DNA of 64,000 bases from Flavobacteriales bacterium (GTDB lineage Bacteria > Bacteroidota > Bacteroidia > Flavobacteriales_D > CAJJDF01), in the NCBI GenBank assembly GCA_020630395.1, contig JAHDBM010000011.1:2758-66757 (forward strand), written 5' to 3'. The notes under the pieces are model-generated. The model had not been told where the DNA came from. It saw nothing but the letters and a program-made list of their open reading frames with translations, and searched no databases. The position numbers and the translations under genes are program-made. Positions 1-9,595 of the stretch are shown one piece after another (position 1 is the stretch's first letter; each line of letters starts with the position of its first letter).

Positions 1-706
1 TCATTTGATAGAAGTGGATAAAATCATTTGTTTCGTTATTCTTTACAGAATCTATAAACTGATGTGTAAAACGCTCAGATGAAACATACAATACAATCTT
101 ATCTGGAAATTGATCTTTAATTTCGATACCTATAGCGTGAGCTAAATGTGTTTTACCTAAACCAACTCCTCCATAAATTAACAATGGATTAAAAGAAGTA
201 CCTCCTGGTTTACTTGCCACTGCATAACCTGCAGAACGAGCTAAACGGTTACAATCCCCTTCCATGAAGTTATCGAATGTATAACTAGGATTTAGATTTG
301 CGTCTACGTTTACCTTCTTTAAGCCTGGTATTATAAAAGGATTTTTAATGGCCGACCTATTAACGTTTAAAGGAACATTTATAGGATCGTTTCTTAATGG
401 TTTGTTTTTTGTTGGAATCTTAACCGTGTATGGTTTAGTGTTACGGTAGTTATTTTCCATAACAATACTATACTCCAATCTTCCTTCAGTACCTAACTCT
501 CTTTTAATGGTTTTTCTTAACAAAGTGATATAATGCTCTTCTAACCACTCATAGAAAAATTGAGAGGGAACTTGGATAGTAAGAACGTCACCTTTCAACT
601 TAACAGGCAATATCGGTTCGAACCAAGTTTTAAAACTTTGCAAACTAATATTGTCTTTTATAATTGAGAGACAACTATCCCAAACTTTTACATGATCTTT
701 TTTCAT
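1..706 (-). CDS. dnaA: Chromosomal replication initiator DnaA (5' part; runs off window start)
   Basis: Not in ORF track; manual translation from ATG at 706: MKKDHVKVWDSCLSIIKDNISLQSFKTWFEPI...YTFDNFMEGDCNRLA...FNPLLIYGGVGLGKTHLAHAIG (domain I plus Walker A). Confidence 0.97.
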   Translation of the reverse strand, partial: MKKDHVKVWDSCLSIIKDNISLQSFKTWFEPILPVKLKGDVLTIQVPSQFFYEWLEEHYITLLRKTIKRELGTEGRLEYSIVMENNYRNTKPYTVKIPTKNKPLRNDPINVPLNVNRSAIKNPFIIPGLKKVNVDANLNPSYTFDNFMEGDCNRLARSAGYAVASKPGGTSFNPLLIYGGVGLGKTHLAHAIGIEIKDQFPDKIVLYVSSERFTHQFIDSVKNNETNDFIHFYQM

Positions 707-917
707 GAAAGCTGTTTAATTAATGTTTAAAAAATATTGTAATTATCTAATTCCAATTCTGTTAAGCTAAAATTTACAAAAATAAACCTTAACTTTTCAC
801 CCCTAAATCCACAATCTAAATCGCCCCCTTAGGTGATGAACAAATATTGACAAAAAAAAGTTTAAAAAAAAATCAAAAGCCTATTGTTTTTTTGTTTTTT
901 TTGACAGTTTGATTCAA

Positions 918-1853
918 TTATTTAATCTTAACAAAATCTTGACCGTTTTTACTGTATTCATAGACTTTTTTGGACGTTTTATCAAAATAAAATTCCACTT
1001 TACCTAATCTTATTCCCGCCCATCCTACTTGATTAATTAACACTTTTTTTCCTTCTTTATTTTTCATCTCTTTAGCTTGATCCAAGAAAGTATGGGTGTG
1101 TCCACCAATTATCAAGTCAATATTAGATGTTTTTTCTGCTAGTTTTAGATCCGAAATTCGATCATCTTGATATTCGTACCCTAAATGAGAAAGACATATA
1201 ACTAAATCACAATTTTGTTCGGTTTTCAACAATTTAGCATATTTATTAGCTACAGGAACTGGATCATTATAAATAGTCTCTCCGTATAGTTTTTTATCTA
1301 CTAAACCATCTAACTCTACTCCTAGTCCAAATACACCTATTTTAATGTTTCCTTTGTAAAAAATTTTATATGGAATCGTTTTATCTTTTAATATGGTATT
1401 AGAAAAATCGTAATTAGAGCATATATAAGGAAACTTAGCATGATGGTTAACTGCCATAAAACCATCTAAACCATTATCAAAATCATGATTACCCATAGTA
1501 GTTGCATCATATCCCATCTTAGACATTAATGTTAACTCAAGTTCTCCTCCATACATATTAAAATACGGAGTGCCTTGAAAAATATCGCCTGCATCTAACA
1601 ATAACACATGTTCATTCTCTTTTCTTATCTTATTAATTAGTCCAGCACGTCTTGATGCTCCTCCAAGCCCAGGATATTTAGGGTCATTATCTTCAAAAGG
1701 ATCTACATGACTATGAACATCATTAGTGTGTAACACAACTAATTTAACAGCCTCTCCTTTAACCACAAGAGATTCAGCCTTGGCTTGAGAAACCACACCT
1801 ACACCACCAACTAAGAATAAAGACTGTAAAAACGACCTCCTGCTATTTTCCAT
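918..1853 (-). CDS. 5'-nucleotidase/2',3'-cyclic phosphodiesterase metallophosphoesterase domain protein with Tat-type signal
   Basis: LHTNDVH, DAGDIFQG, MGNHDFD, LSHLG, GGHTH motifs; N-terminal SRRSFL twin-arginine. Confidence 0.9.
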   Translation of the reverse strand: MENSRRSFLQSLFLVGGVGVVSQAKAESLVVKGEAVKLVVLHTNDVHSHVDPFEDNDPKYPGLGGASRRAGLINKIRKENEHVLLLDAGDIFQGTPYFNMYGGELELTLMSKMGYDATTMGNHDFDNGLDGFMAVNHHAKFPYICSNYDFSNTILKDKTIPYKIFYKGNIKIGVFGLGVELDGLVDKKLYGETIYNDPVPVANKYAKLLKTEQNCDLVICLSHLGYEYQDDRISDLKLAEKTSNIDLIIGGHTHTFLDQAKEMKNKEGKKVLINQVGWAGIRLGKVEFYFDKTSKKVYEYSKNGQDFVKIK

Positions 1854-2640
1854 ACGAAATTCTTTTATCCTTTTTAGCTTCTAACTTATCTCCATCCTCT
1901 TTCTCTTCTATTATATATTCTAAGATAGCATCACGTAACTTAACCCCAAGTTTCTCTGTTTTAATTGGATTGAGAAAAAAATTCATTTTATCTCCTCCAT
2001 TAGCTAGATAATCAGAAGTTACCACTCTGTATTCTCTCGAAACAATTGATTCTTTATCAATATATGCCTCTTTAACTTTTTTGTTATTAATAATAAGTTT
2101 TACCTCTTTAGACAAAGGCACTCCTTTCTTTACAGATAGATTAGTATCAGATTTTAAGGCTACAAACTCAAACAACTCAATAAGTTTATCTTTAGATAAG
2201 GTTATTACAACTAATTCATTTTCGAAAGGCATTAACTCAAACACTTTACCTCTTGTAATAGCTCCTTTAGGTAAAGAAGTCCTAAGACCTCCATTATTTA
2301 ATAACGCAAAATCTATTTCATCTTCATCATTAATCTTCTCATAATAATCTTCTCCAATATCCATAACCAAATCGGCTACAAAATTGCCTAAATTACCTTC
2401 TGGTATTCCAGTGGTCATTTCTACGACTGACTCATTTAACACCTCATCCATAGATGCTTTTAATGCATCTCTAAATGGTTTAATTTCTTCTTCTATTGAT
2501 TTGTCTTCAGATTTTACCTCTTCATTCAATACCACATTAGTACTTGCTGTATTGTTCAACACATAATACTGTTTACAACCGTTTAAGAGTATTAACAACA
2601 AAGAAAAAACAACTAAATATGTAGAAAATGTGTGCTTCAT
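1843..2640 (-). CDS. 5'-nucleotidase C-terminal (substrate-binding) domain lipoprotein
   Basis: GNFVAD, NNGGLR, MPFEN, DYLANGGD motifs; lipobox-like LLNGC; start moved to ATG at 2640 (MKHTF). Confidence 0.88.
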   Translation of the reverse strand: MKHTFSTYLVVFSLLLILLNGCKQYYVLNNTASTNVVLNEEVKSEDKSIEEEIKPFRDALKASMDEVLNESVVEMTTGIPEGNLGNFVADLVMDIGEDYYEKINDEDEIDFALLNNGGLRTSLPKGAITRGKVFELMPFENELVVITLSKDKLIELFEFVALKSDTNLSVKKGVPLSKEVKLIINNKKVKEAYIDKESIVSREYRVVTSDYLANGGDKMNFFLNPIKTEKLGVKLRDAILEYIIEEKEDGDKLEAKKDKRISYGK

Positions 2641-2709
2641 AAATTGGAAAACAAACATAGTGATATAGCCTAATAAAAGCAAGAGGCTAAATGTTAATTA
2701 ACTTTTAGG

Positions 2710-2733
2710 TTAGTTTGAACTAGTTCAAACTAA
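2710..2733. repeat. Perfect 24-bp palindrome TTAGTTTGAACTAGTTCAAACTAA
   Basis: Sequence equals its own reverse complement; intergenic between E1 gene 3' end and nucleotidase start. Confidence 0.85.
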
Positions 2734-2739
2734 GTTTTG

Positions 2740-2777
2740 GATTACTTCAATTTCGTTTCTCTCAATCTCGTAATGAC
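2740..2777 (-). repeat. REP-like element (GTCATTACGAG...GAAGTAATC)
   Basis: Minus strand reads GTCATTACGAGATTGAGAGAAACGAAATTGAAGTAATC; GTCATT head as at 28543, with ATTAC/GTAAT self-complementary arms. Confidence 0.55.
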
Positions 2778-2795
2778 GGAAATTTAGTTTAGCAA

Positions 2796-4769
2796 TCACT
2801 CCTCCATCAGATCCAAAATAGCTTGTTTTAATTTATTCTTTGGCATAAAATTATATTCTAATACTTCAGCAAAAGGAACTGGTGTATCTAAACTAGCCAA
2901 TCTTTTTACAGGAGCATCTAATGATTTAAAACAATGTTCATTGATAAGCGCAGCTACCTCAGCTCCTACTCCACCTGTATAATTTGCTTCATATAACACC
3001 AATGCTTTACTGGTTTTCCTTACCGATTCATAAATAGCATCCTCATCTAATGGAGCTAATGTTCTTAAATCTATTATCTCAATAGCATTATTTGGTAACT
3101 CATCACATATTTCTTTTGCCCAATGAACTCCCATGCCGTAAGTAATAATTGATAGAGTTGTTCCTTCTTGTATAGTTTTAGCTTTGCCAATCTCTGTCGT
3201 GTAATACCCTTCATAAACTTCTTCTTTAAGAGATCTATACAAGGCTTTATGCTCAAAAAACATAACTGGATTTGGATCTTCAAATGCTGCCAACAACAGC
3301 CCTTTTGCATCTTCGGGAGAAGACGGATATACAATTTTTAAACCAGGTGTATGAAAAAACCACCCTTCGATACTTTGTGAATGAAATGGCCCTGCAGCCA
3401 CTCCACCTCCAGTTGGCATACGTACAACAACATCTGCTTTTTGTCCCCACCTATAATGAATTTTAGCTAAATTATTTACTATTTGGTTAAATCCTACGGT
3501 AACAAAATCAGAAAACTGCATTTCCATCATGGCTTTGTAACCATTGATACTTAACCCCAAAGCAGAACCAACAATAGCACTTTCACAAAGTGGTGTGTTT
3601 CTTACTCTGTCCTTTCCATAAGCTTCTACAAATCCTTCAGTAATCTTAAAAACTCCTCCATAATCTGCTATATCTTGTCCCATAAGCACTAGATTATCGT
3701 GCTTATCCATTGCTTTTCTTAATCCATCTTGAATAGCATCTACAAAACGAATTTCTTTCTTTGGTCCACTACCCTCTATTACTGATTGTTTGTATGGGAA
3801 AAACATATCGGCTAACTCAACCTCAGTATTAACTGGGATAGCTGGTTCATTATTAGCTTGTTCAAAAGCATCTGAAACTTCATTAAACAATTTTTTCCTT
3901 AATGTTTCAATTTCTGATATTGTAATAAACTTTTTATCTACCAAATGATCTTCATATCGCTCTACTGGATCTTTTTTAGACCATTCTTCAACCAAACCTT
4001 CTGGATAATACTTAGTACCAGAAGCTTCTTCATGTCCTCTAATTCTAAAGGTTAGACACTCTACTAAAATTGGTTTAGGATTTTTCTTAATTTCTTCTCT
4101 TAACTTACTTATCGTTTCATAAACCTCAATAATATTATTTCCGTCTACTTGAACAGCCTCCATTCCATATCCAATCCCCTTATCTATAAATTGCTTACAT
4201 CTAAATTGCTCGTTAGATGGTGTAGATAACCCCCATTGATTGTTTTCTACAACAAAAATTACTGGCAAATCCCAAACAGCAGCAACATTAAGTGCTTCAT
4301 GAAAATCGCCCTCACTTGCTCCTCCATCACCTGTAAATACTAATGTAGACTTTTTGTTATCAGATAATAAATTACCCAGTGCTATTCCATCTGCCAATCC
4401 TAATTGAGGCCCTAAATGAGAAATCATCCCCACAATTTTATGTTCTTGGGTTCCAAAATGAAATGAACGATCTCTTCCTTTTGTAAATCCTTTTTCTTTT
4501 CCTTGAAATTGACAAAACAAACGTGTTAAATCAATTCCTCTACTCGTAAAAACGCCTAAGTTTCTATGCATAGGAAGAATATATTCTTCCTTATCCATAG
4601 CCATTGTACAACCAACAGAAATAGCTTCTTGTCCATATCCCGAAAACCATTTAGATATTTTACCTTGACGCAAATAGATAAGCATTTTTTCTTCTATAAT
4701 CCTAGGTAATAGAATCGATTCGTATAACGCTATTTGCTTTTCTTTAGATAAACTTGTTTCAACATTCAT
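2796..4769 (-). CDS. 2-oxoacid dehydrogenase E1, fused alpha/beta subunit
   Basis: TPP motif GDGGASEGDFHEALN...ENN; beta-subunit NTPLCESAIVG, EMQFSDF, HSQS, PVMFFEHK. Confidence 0.93.
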   Translation of the reverse strand: MNVETSLSKEKQIALYESILLPRIIEEKMLIYLRQGKISKWFSGYGQEAISVGCTMAMDKEEYILPMHRNLGVFTSRGIDLTRLFCQFQGKEKGFTKGRDRSFHFGTQEHKIVGMISHLGPQLGLADGIALGNLLSDNKKSTLVFTGDGGASEGDFHEALNVAAVWDLPVIFVVENNQWGLSTPSNEQFRCKQFIDKGIGYGMEAVQVDGNNIIEVYETISKLREEIKKNPKPILVECLTFRIRGHEEASGTKYYPEGLVEEWSKKDPVERYEDHLVDKKFITISEIETLRKKLFNEVSDAFEQANNEPAIPVNTEVELADMFFPYKQSVIEGSGPKKEIRFVDAIQDGLRKAMDKHDNLVLMGQDIADYGGVFKITEGFVEAYGKDRVRNTPLCESAIVGSALGLSINGYKAMMEMQFSDFVTVGFNQIVNNLAKIHYRWGQKADVVVRMPTGGGVAAGPFHSQSIEGWFFHTPGLKIVYPSSPEDAKGLLLAAFEDPNPVMFFEHKALYRSLKEEVYEGYYTTEIGKAKTIQEGTTLSIITYGMGVHWAKEICDELPNNAIEIIDLRTLAPLDEDAIYESVRKTSKALVLYEANYTGGVGAEVAALINEHCFKSLDAPVKRLASLDTPVPFAEVLEYNFMPKNKLKQAILDLMEE

Positions 4770-5005
4770 TTTTCAGGTTTTAATACAATGAAATTATTTA
4801 AAGTTAAAGCTGATAAATTAAAACGCAATTTATTTTAATCTTTATATTTCAACCTTAAACAACTTCAATGATAAATCAAATTTAGAAGTGTTATTTGAAT
4901 TTCAATTCTTTTTAATAAATTTTTATGTTTTTCTTTTTATTTAACTCAATTTTTGCAAGATTTAATAGATAATATATTATGACACTCTAAAAATCCTTAA
5001 ACTCT

Positions 5006-5992
5006 ATGGAAATTTGCTTTATTAGTTATGCTTGGGACAAAATGGAACCTGATATTGACTCTACCTTATTATTAGCTCATGAATGTGCTAGCAGAGGTCA
5101 TCAAGTGTATATGTTAACCTCAGATAATTTAACGATAAGAGACTCTAAAACAATGGGGTTTTGTGAAAAACTAGATTTGAATTATCAAATATCAGAAGAT
5201 CCCGAAATTTTCTTTGAAGAAGCTAAGTTTAGCTCTGAAACAAAAGTATTAGGAGACATGGATGTTATTTTTATGAGAGACGACCCACCATTAGACCCTA
5301 TTGTATTAAACTTTTTAGATTCAATTGAAGATGATGTATTCTTAATTAACAGTATTGGAGGTCTAAGAGAAGCAAACAATAAAATTTACACTGCTTCTTA
5401 TTACGATCCAGAAGGCGAATTTATTCCTGCTACTTATGTTTCTAAAAACAAAAATTATTTAAGACAAATAATTGAGGAACATGATGGAGATAAAATGATC
5501 ATGAAGCCTTTAAATGGTTTTGGAGGAAAAGGTGTTATCGTAATTGAAAAAAATGCCATGCAAAATGTTAACTCATTATTAGATTTTTACATTCATGGAC
5601 AAGAAAGTAATAAAAGTAATTATGTAATCATTCAAGATTATGTTGAGGGTGCAGAAAAAGGAGATGTAAGGGTTATCATGCTACACGATCAACCACTTGG
5701 GGCTATTAGACGTGTTCCTGCAAAAGGTGAAGCTCGATCTAATATATCATCTGGAGGAACTGCAGAACATTATGTATTAAACGAAAAAGAAATTGAGCTT
5801 TGTAAACGAATTGGAGCTAAATTAGTGGAAGATGGCATCTATTTTTCTGGCTTAGATTTAATTGGAGGAAAATTAATAGAAGTAAATGTACTAAGCCCTG
5901 GAGGTCTGGTAGAAATAAATTGGAATTTAGAAACTCCTATACAATCTCTTGTAGTTGACTATCTTGAAGAACGAGTTGCCGAAAAAAAATAA
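5006..5992 (+). CDS. gshB: Glutathione synthetase (GshB)-like ATP-grasp ligase
   Basis: DST, FMRDDPP, KPLNGFGG, GDVR, RSNISSGG, GLDLIG, EVNVLSPGG; family call solid, substrate uncertain. Confidence 0.8.
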   Translation: MEICFISYAWDKMEPDIDSTLLLAHECASRGHQVYMLTSDNLTIRDSKTMGFCEKLDLNYQISEDPEIFFEEAKFSSETKVLGDMDVIFMRDDPPLDPIVLNFLDSIEDDVFLINSIGGLREANNKIYTASYYDPEGEFIPATYVSKNKNYLRQIIEEHDGDKMIMKPLNGFGGKGVIVIEKNAMQNVNSLLDFYIHGQESNKSNYVIIQDYVEGAEKGDVRVIMLHDQPLGAIRRVPAKGEARSNISSGGTAEHYVLNEKEIELCKRIGAKLVEDGIYFSGLDLIGGKLIEVNVLSPGGLVEINWNLETPIQSLVVDYLEERVAEKK

Positions 5993-5998
5993 TGGAAC

Positions 5999-8002
5999 AT
6001 GCCTAAATTAAGTATTGACGATATAATTAATAAAATCAAATTGGAAGAAACGTTTGAAGCTACTGCTTTAGATGGCTCTTTTGATATTAAGATAAATCGT
6101 TATGTCCCTTATGTATGTACGGCTATTCATGCAGGACATAATTTTAGGGATGAGCTTAAAACCAAATGTATTCATACCGAATTTGAAAGATGGTTTGAAG
6201 AAGACCCTTTTACAGATGACTTTATATCATCCTTACCCATAACACTTATTGGTAATGACTCTCGTTTTGAATATGATTTAAATAGATCACCTGAAAATTG
6301 CATTTATGATGAAGCTTGGGGGAAAAAAGTTTGGAAAAAACCACTAACAAAAAGTGAAAAGGCCACATCACTTCAAAAACATAGCAATTATTATAAGGTT
6401 ACTCATGCACTAATAACTAAACTAGAAGAAAAATTTAAAAGTTGTATTGTCTTTGATATGCATTCCTATAATTATAAAAGATGGGACAGGCCTGTTCCTG
6501 TTTTTAATATAGGTTGTGAAGCTGTTGACAGAGAAAAGTATGATAAATACATCAATAAATTCAATACTGAATTAGATAACATTGATTTTAGAGGTATTGA
6601 TAGTAAATCCGCAATAAATGATGTATTTCAAGGTAGGGGGAATAATTTATTATACATAACAGAACACTTTAATAACACCCTTGTTCTTGCCACTGAAGTA
6701 AAAAAAATATACTGCAATGAACTAACTGGAGAACCGTATCCTGAAGAAATTAAATACCTTACTCGCCAATTAAAAAAAGCTATTCTTAACACAGCTTCGT
6801 TATTTGCTGAAGAACAAACCAATATTACAGTTACAAACAAAAGCAAACTACTTACTAAAGAAATTGATAAAAACTTAATTCAAGTAGATAAGCAACTGTA
6901 TAAAATATTAAAATCATTTGAATTATTAAGTTTTGTAAATCCTATTAATATAGACAGAGAAGAAAAAAGATTTTTCAAAAATAAAGAGACCGAAAATCCA
7001 AATTTTAAATATGCTCCCATCTTAATTGATTCATTTGAATTAAAAAAGGAATTATATAGTGTAGAAGTAAATAAAATAGAGGATGTCACTATTAGAAAAA
7101 TGTACGAAGGTGTTATAAATGCTTTTGCACTTAAAACAGACATGCTTTCTCAACTTGGAAAAGATCGTTTTTTATACAGCTCATTAGGTTATTTTGGACA
7201 ACCTTCTAAAAAAGATATAAGAAATGCCAAATACTTATTAAGTCTTCCAAACATAAAATCAGATCAAAAAATTCATAAAAAACTAACTGTAGCTGATGCA
7301 AAAAAAGCATTTACTGATAGTTTTGAAAGCTACGGGTTTAATGGGAACATTGGCATGAATAAAGACATGGCTAGTGATGTAATGGTTATTAATAGCAAGA
7401 AAAAAGTATTAATTAAACATAATGCCGAATTTACTCCTAAGGAATTAAACTATTTGGTTCATCATGAAATTGGTGTTCACATGGTTACTACCATGAACTC
7501 TATTGCTCAACCTCTTAAGATTTTTAATCTTGGATTGCCTATTAACACAAGAACTCAAGAAGGATTAGCTGTACTAGCTGAATATTTATCTGGTAATATT
7601 ACACTAAAAAGACTACGCACCCTAGCGCTTAGGGTTATTGCTGTAGATATGATGGTTGGAGGTGCCGAATTTAAAGAGACTTTTTATTACCTGAGCAAAG
7701 AGTATAAAGAAGAAAAAAGCGAACTTTTTAACCTTGTAACTCGAGTTTATAGAGGAGGTGGATTCACTAAAGACTACCTATATCTTGCTGGATTTTGTGA
7801 AATGTATAAAAAGTGGAAATTGGGTTATGACTTAACCCCTTTACTTATAGGAAAAACTTCTGATAAACATTATAATATTATTGCCGAGATGATGGATAGA
7901 GGTTTTTTAAATAAACCTCAATACATAACAGAATGTTTCGAAAACCCTGTTCCAGAAAAAAATCATGAGATTTACGAATATATTGTTGACGGATTGATCT
8001 AA
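5999..8002 (+). CDS. N-formylglutamate amidohydrolase-like domain fused to DUF1704/QEGLA-motif metallopeptidase
   Basis: N-term AIHAGH, EED, SRFEYDLNR, DMHSY; C-term HHEIGVH (HExxxH), TQEGLA, RVYRGGGFTKDYLYL. Confidence 0.87.
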   Translation: MPKLSIDDIINKIKLEETFEATALDGSFDIKINRYVPYVCTAIHAGHNFRDELKTKCIHTEFERWFEEDPFTDDFISSLPITLIGNDSRFEYDLNRSPENCIYDEAWGKKVWKKPLTKSEKATSLQKHSNYYKVTHALITKLEEKFKSCIVFDMHSYNYKRWDRPVPVFNIGCEAVDREKYDKYINKFNTELDNIDFRGIDSKSAINDVFQGRGNNLLYITEHFNNTLVLATEVKKIYCNELTGEPYPEEIKYLTRQLKKAILNTASLFAEEQTNITVTNKSKLLTKEIDKNLIQVDKQLYKILKSFELLSFVNPINIDREEKRFFKNKETENPNFKYAPILIDSFELKKELYSVEVNKIEDVTIRKMYEGVINAFALKTDMLSQLGKDRFLYSSLGYFGQPSKKDIRNAKYLLSLPNIKSDQKIHKKLTVADAKKAFTDSFESYGFNGNIGMNKDMASDVMVINSKKKVLIKHNAEFTPKELNYLVHHEIGVHMVTTMNSIAQPLKIFNLGLPINTRTQEGLAVLAEYLSGNITLKRLRTLALRVIAVDMMVGGAEFKETFYYLSKEYKEEKSELFNLVTRVYRGGGFTKDYLYLAGFCEMYKKWKLGYDLTPLLIGKTSDKHYNIIAEMMDRGFLNKPQYITECFENPVPEKNHEIYEYIVDGLI

Positions 8003-8038
8003 TAAGTTTAGTAACTTTAACTAACCTTTATTCATTAC

Positions 8039-9589
8039 ATGAAAGATTCAATATCATTTAAAGACATCAATTTTTTACCACCCATTATTGAGGAGTATTT
8101 AAAAAAAGAGAACTCTTTACATGAATTATATAAATATCCTTCATCACTTTCATTGATTGAACATGTTATTAAAAACAAAAAACCTGTTGACAGAATAAAA
8201 CTTGTACATGAATTAAGCAAGCAAAATGCTAGAGCAACTAATGAAACTAAAGCAAACATATCTCTATTAGCCGATAACAATACGTTTTCTGTGACTACTG
8301 GTCATCAGCTATGTTTATTTACTGGCCCACTATATTTTATTTACAAAATATTAAGTACAGTTAAACTATGTATGGAGCTTAAATCTGCTTACCCAACTTA
8401 TAATTTTGTTCCTGTATATTGGATGGCTACCGAAGATCATGATGTTGAAGAAATAAATCACTTCTATTTATTTAATAAAAAAATCACATGGGAATCTAAA
8501 CAAAAAGGTTCAGTTGGTAGGTTTACATTAACTGAATTACAACCTGTTTTTGATCTATTAAGAAGTCAGTTTAGAGAAGAAAACATAGTGATAGAGAATA
8601 TGATTTCTTGTTATGAAGATGCTCCTAATTTAGCTGAAGCAACTCGTAATCTTGTCGATTATCTTTTTGGTAAATACGGAGTAGTAACAATAGATGGGGA
8701 TAATACAACTTTTAAACATCTCTTTTCTCCTATTATAAAAGATGAATTGATTAATCAATCATGCGAGCGACTAATTTCAAGAACAAACGAAAAGCTAAGT
8801 TTGCTAGGCTACAAAACTCAAGTAAACCCTAGAGAACTAAATTTATTCTATTTAAAAGATAATAGCAGAGAACGTATTGTACTAAAAGACAACACTTATC
8901 ATGTTTTAAACACCTCCATTTCTTTTTCAAAAGAAGCAATATTAAATGAGCTAGAACAATTTTCCGAAAGATTTAGTCCAAACGTAGCATTAAGACCTGT
9001 TTATCAAGAATTACTTTTACCAAATGTTGCTACTATTGGTGGTCCAGGAGAAACAGCTTATTGGCTACAATTAAAATCTACTTTTGAATATCATAACGTC
9101 TCTTACCCAATGTTAATATTAAGAAATAGTGCTTTGGTTATTAGAAAATCTATTCTAAAAAAAATTGACAAACTTGAACTCAATGAGCATGACTTATTCT
9201 TAAAGACGAATGAACTAGTTAACAAGGTAATTAAAGAGCGTAATCCTATATCTTTCGAGGAAGAAATTAGTGCACTTGAATCCATCTTTTCATTAGCTAA
9301 AGAAAAAGCAACAACTGTCGATTTTTCGCTTGAAAAAACCGTAATAGGTGAACTAAAGAAAGCTCAAAATTCAATTAATTTAATTCAAAGTAAAACGCTT
9401 AAAGCTGAGAAAAGAAACAATGAAACGTTAGTTAATCAGCTTACAAGCATCAAAGAGAATCTATTCCCAAATGGAGGTATTCAAGAAAGAACGGATAACA
9501 TATTAAACTTTTATACTGATGATTTATTTGACAAACTTTTAAATCAATTTAACACCTTTGAGGATAACTTATATCTTATAAAACAATAA
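8039..9589 (+). CDS. bshC: Bacillithiol biosynthesis cysteine-adding enzyme BshC
   Basis: TTGHQLCLFTGPLY, YWMATEDHD, FSPNVALRPVYQE, GGPGETAYW, QER. Confidence 0.93.
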   Translation: MKDSISFKDINFLPPIIEEYLKKENSLHELYKYPSSLSLIEHVIKNKKPVDRIKLVHELSKQNARATNETKANISLLADNNTFSVTTGHQLCLFTGPLYFIYKILSTVKLCMELKSAYPTYNFVPVYWMATEDHDVEEINHFYLFNKKITWESKQKGSVGRFTLTELQPVFDLLRSQFREENIVIENMISCYEDAPNLAEATRNLVDYLFGKYGVVTIDGDNTTFKHLFSPIIKDELINQSCERLISRTNEKLSLLGYKTQVNPRELNLFYLKDNSRERIVLKDNTYHVLNTSISFSKEAILNELEQFSERFSPNVALRPVYQELLLPNVATIGGPGETAYWLQLKSTFEYHNVSYPMLILRNSALVIRKSILKKIDKLELNEHDLFLKTNELVNKVIKERNPISFEEEISALESIFSLAKEKATTVDFSLEKTVIGELKKAQNSINLIQSKTLKAEKRNNETLVNQLTSIKENLFPNGGIQERTDNILNFYTDDLFDKLLNQFNTFEDNLYLIKQ

Positions 9590-9595
9590 ATATTC

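Noticed and set aside
849-905. Poly-A/poly-T stretch as terminator or phase-variable tract
   Set aside because: Pairing is almost all A-T homopolymer and imperfect; not distinguishable from AT-rich background
707-917. oriC upstream of dnaA
   Set aside because: Only a 2-mismatch DnaA box (AAATCCACA near 805) and A/T tracts; no box cluster, and Bacteroidota origins are often unlinked to dnaA
5999-6830. Histidine utilisation hutG
   Set aside because: No hutH/U/I nearby and the domain is fused to a QEGLA peptidase behind an ATP-grasp gene
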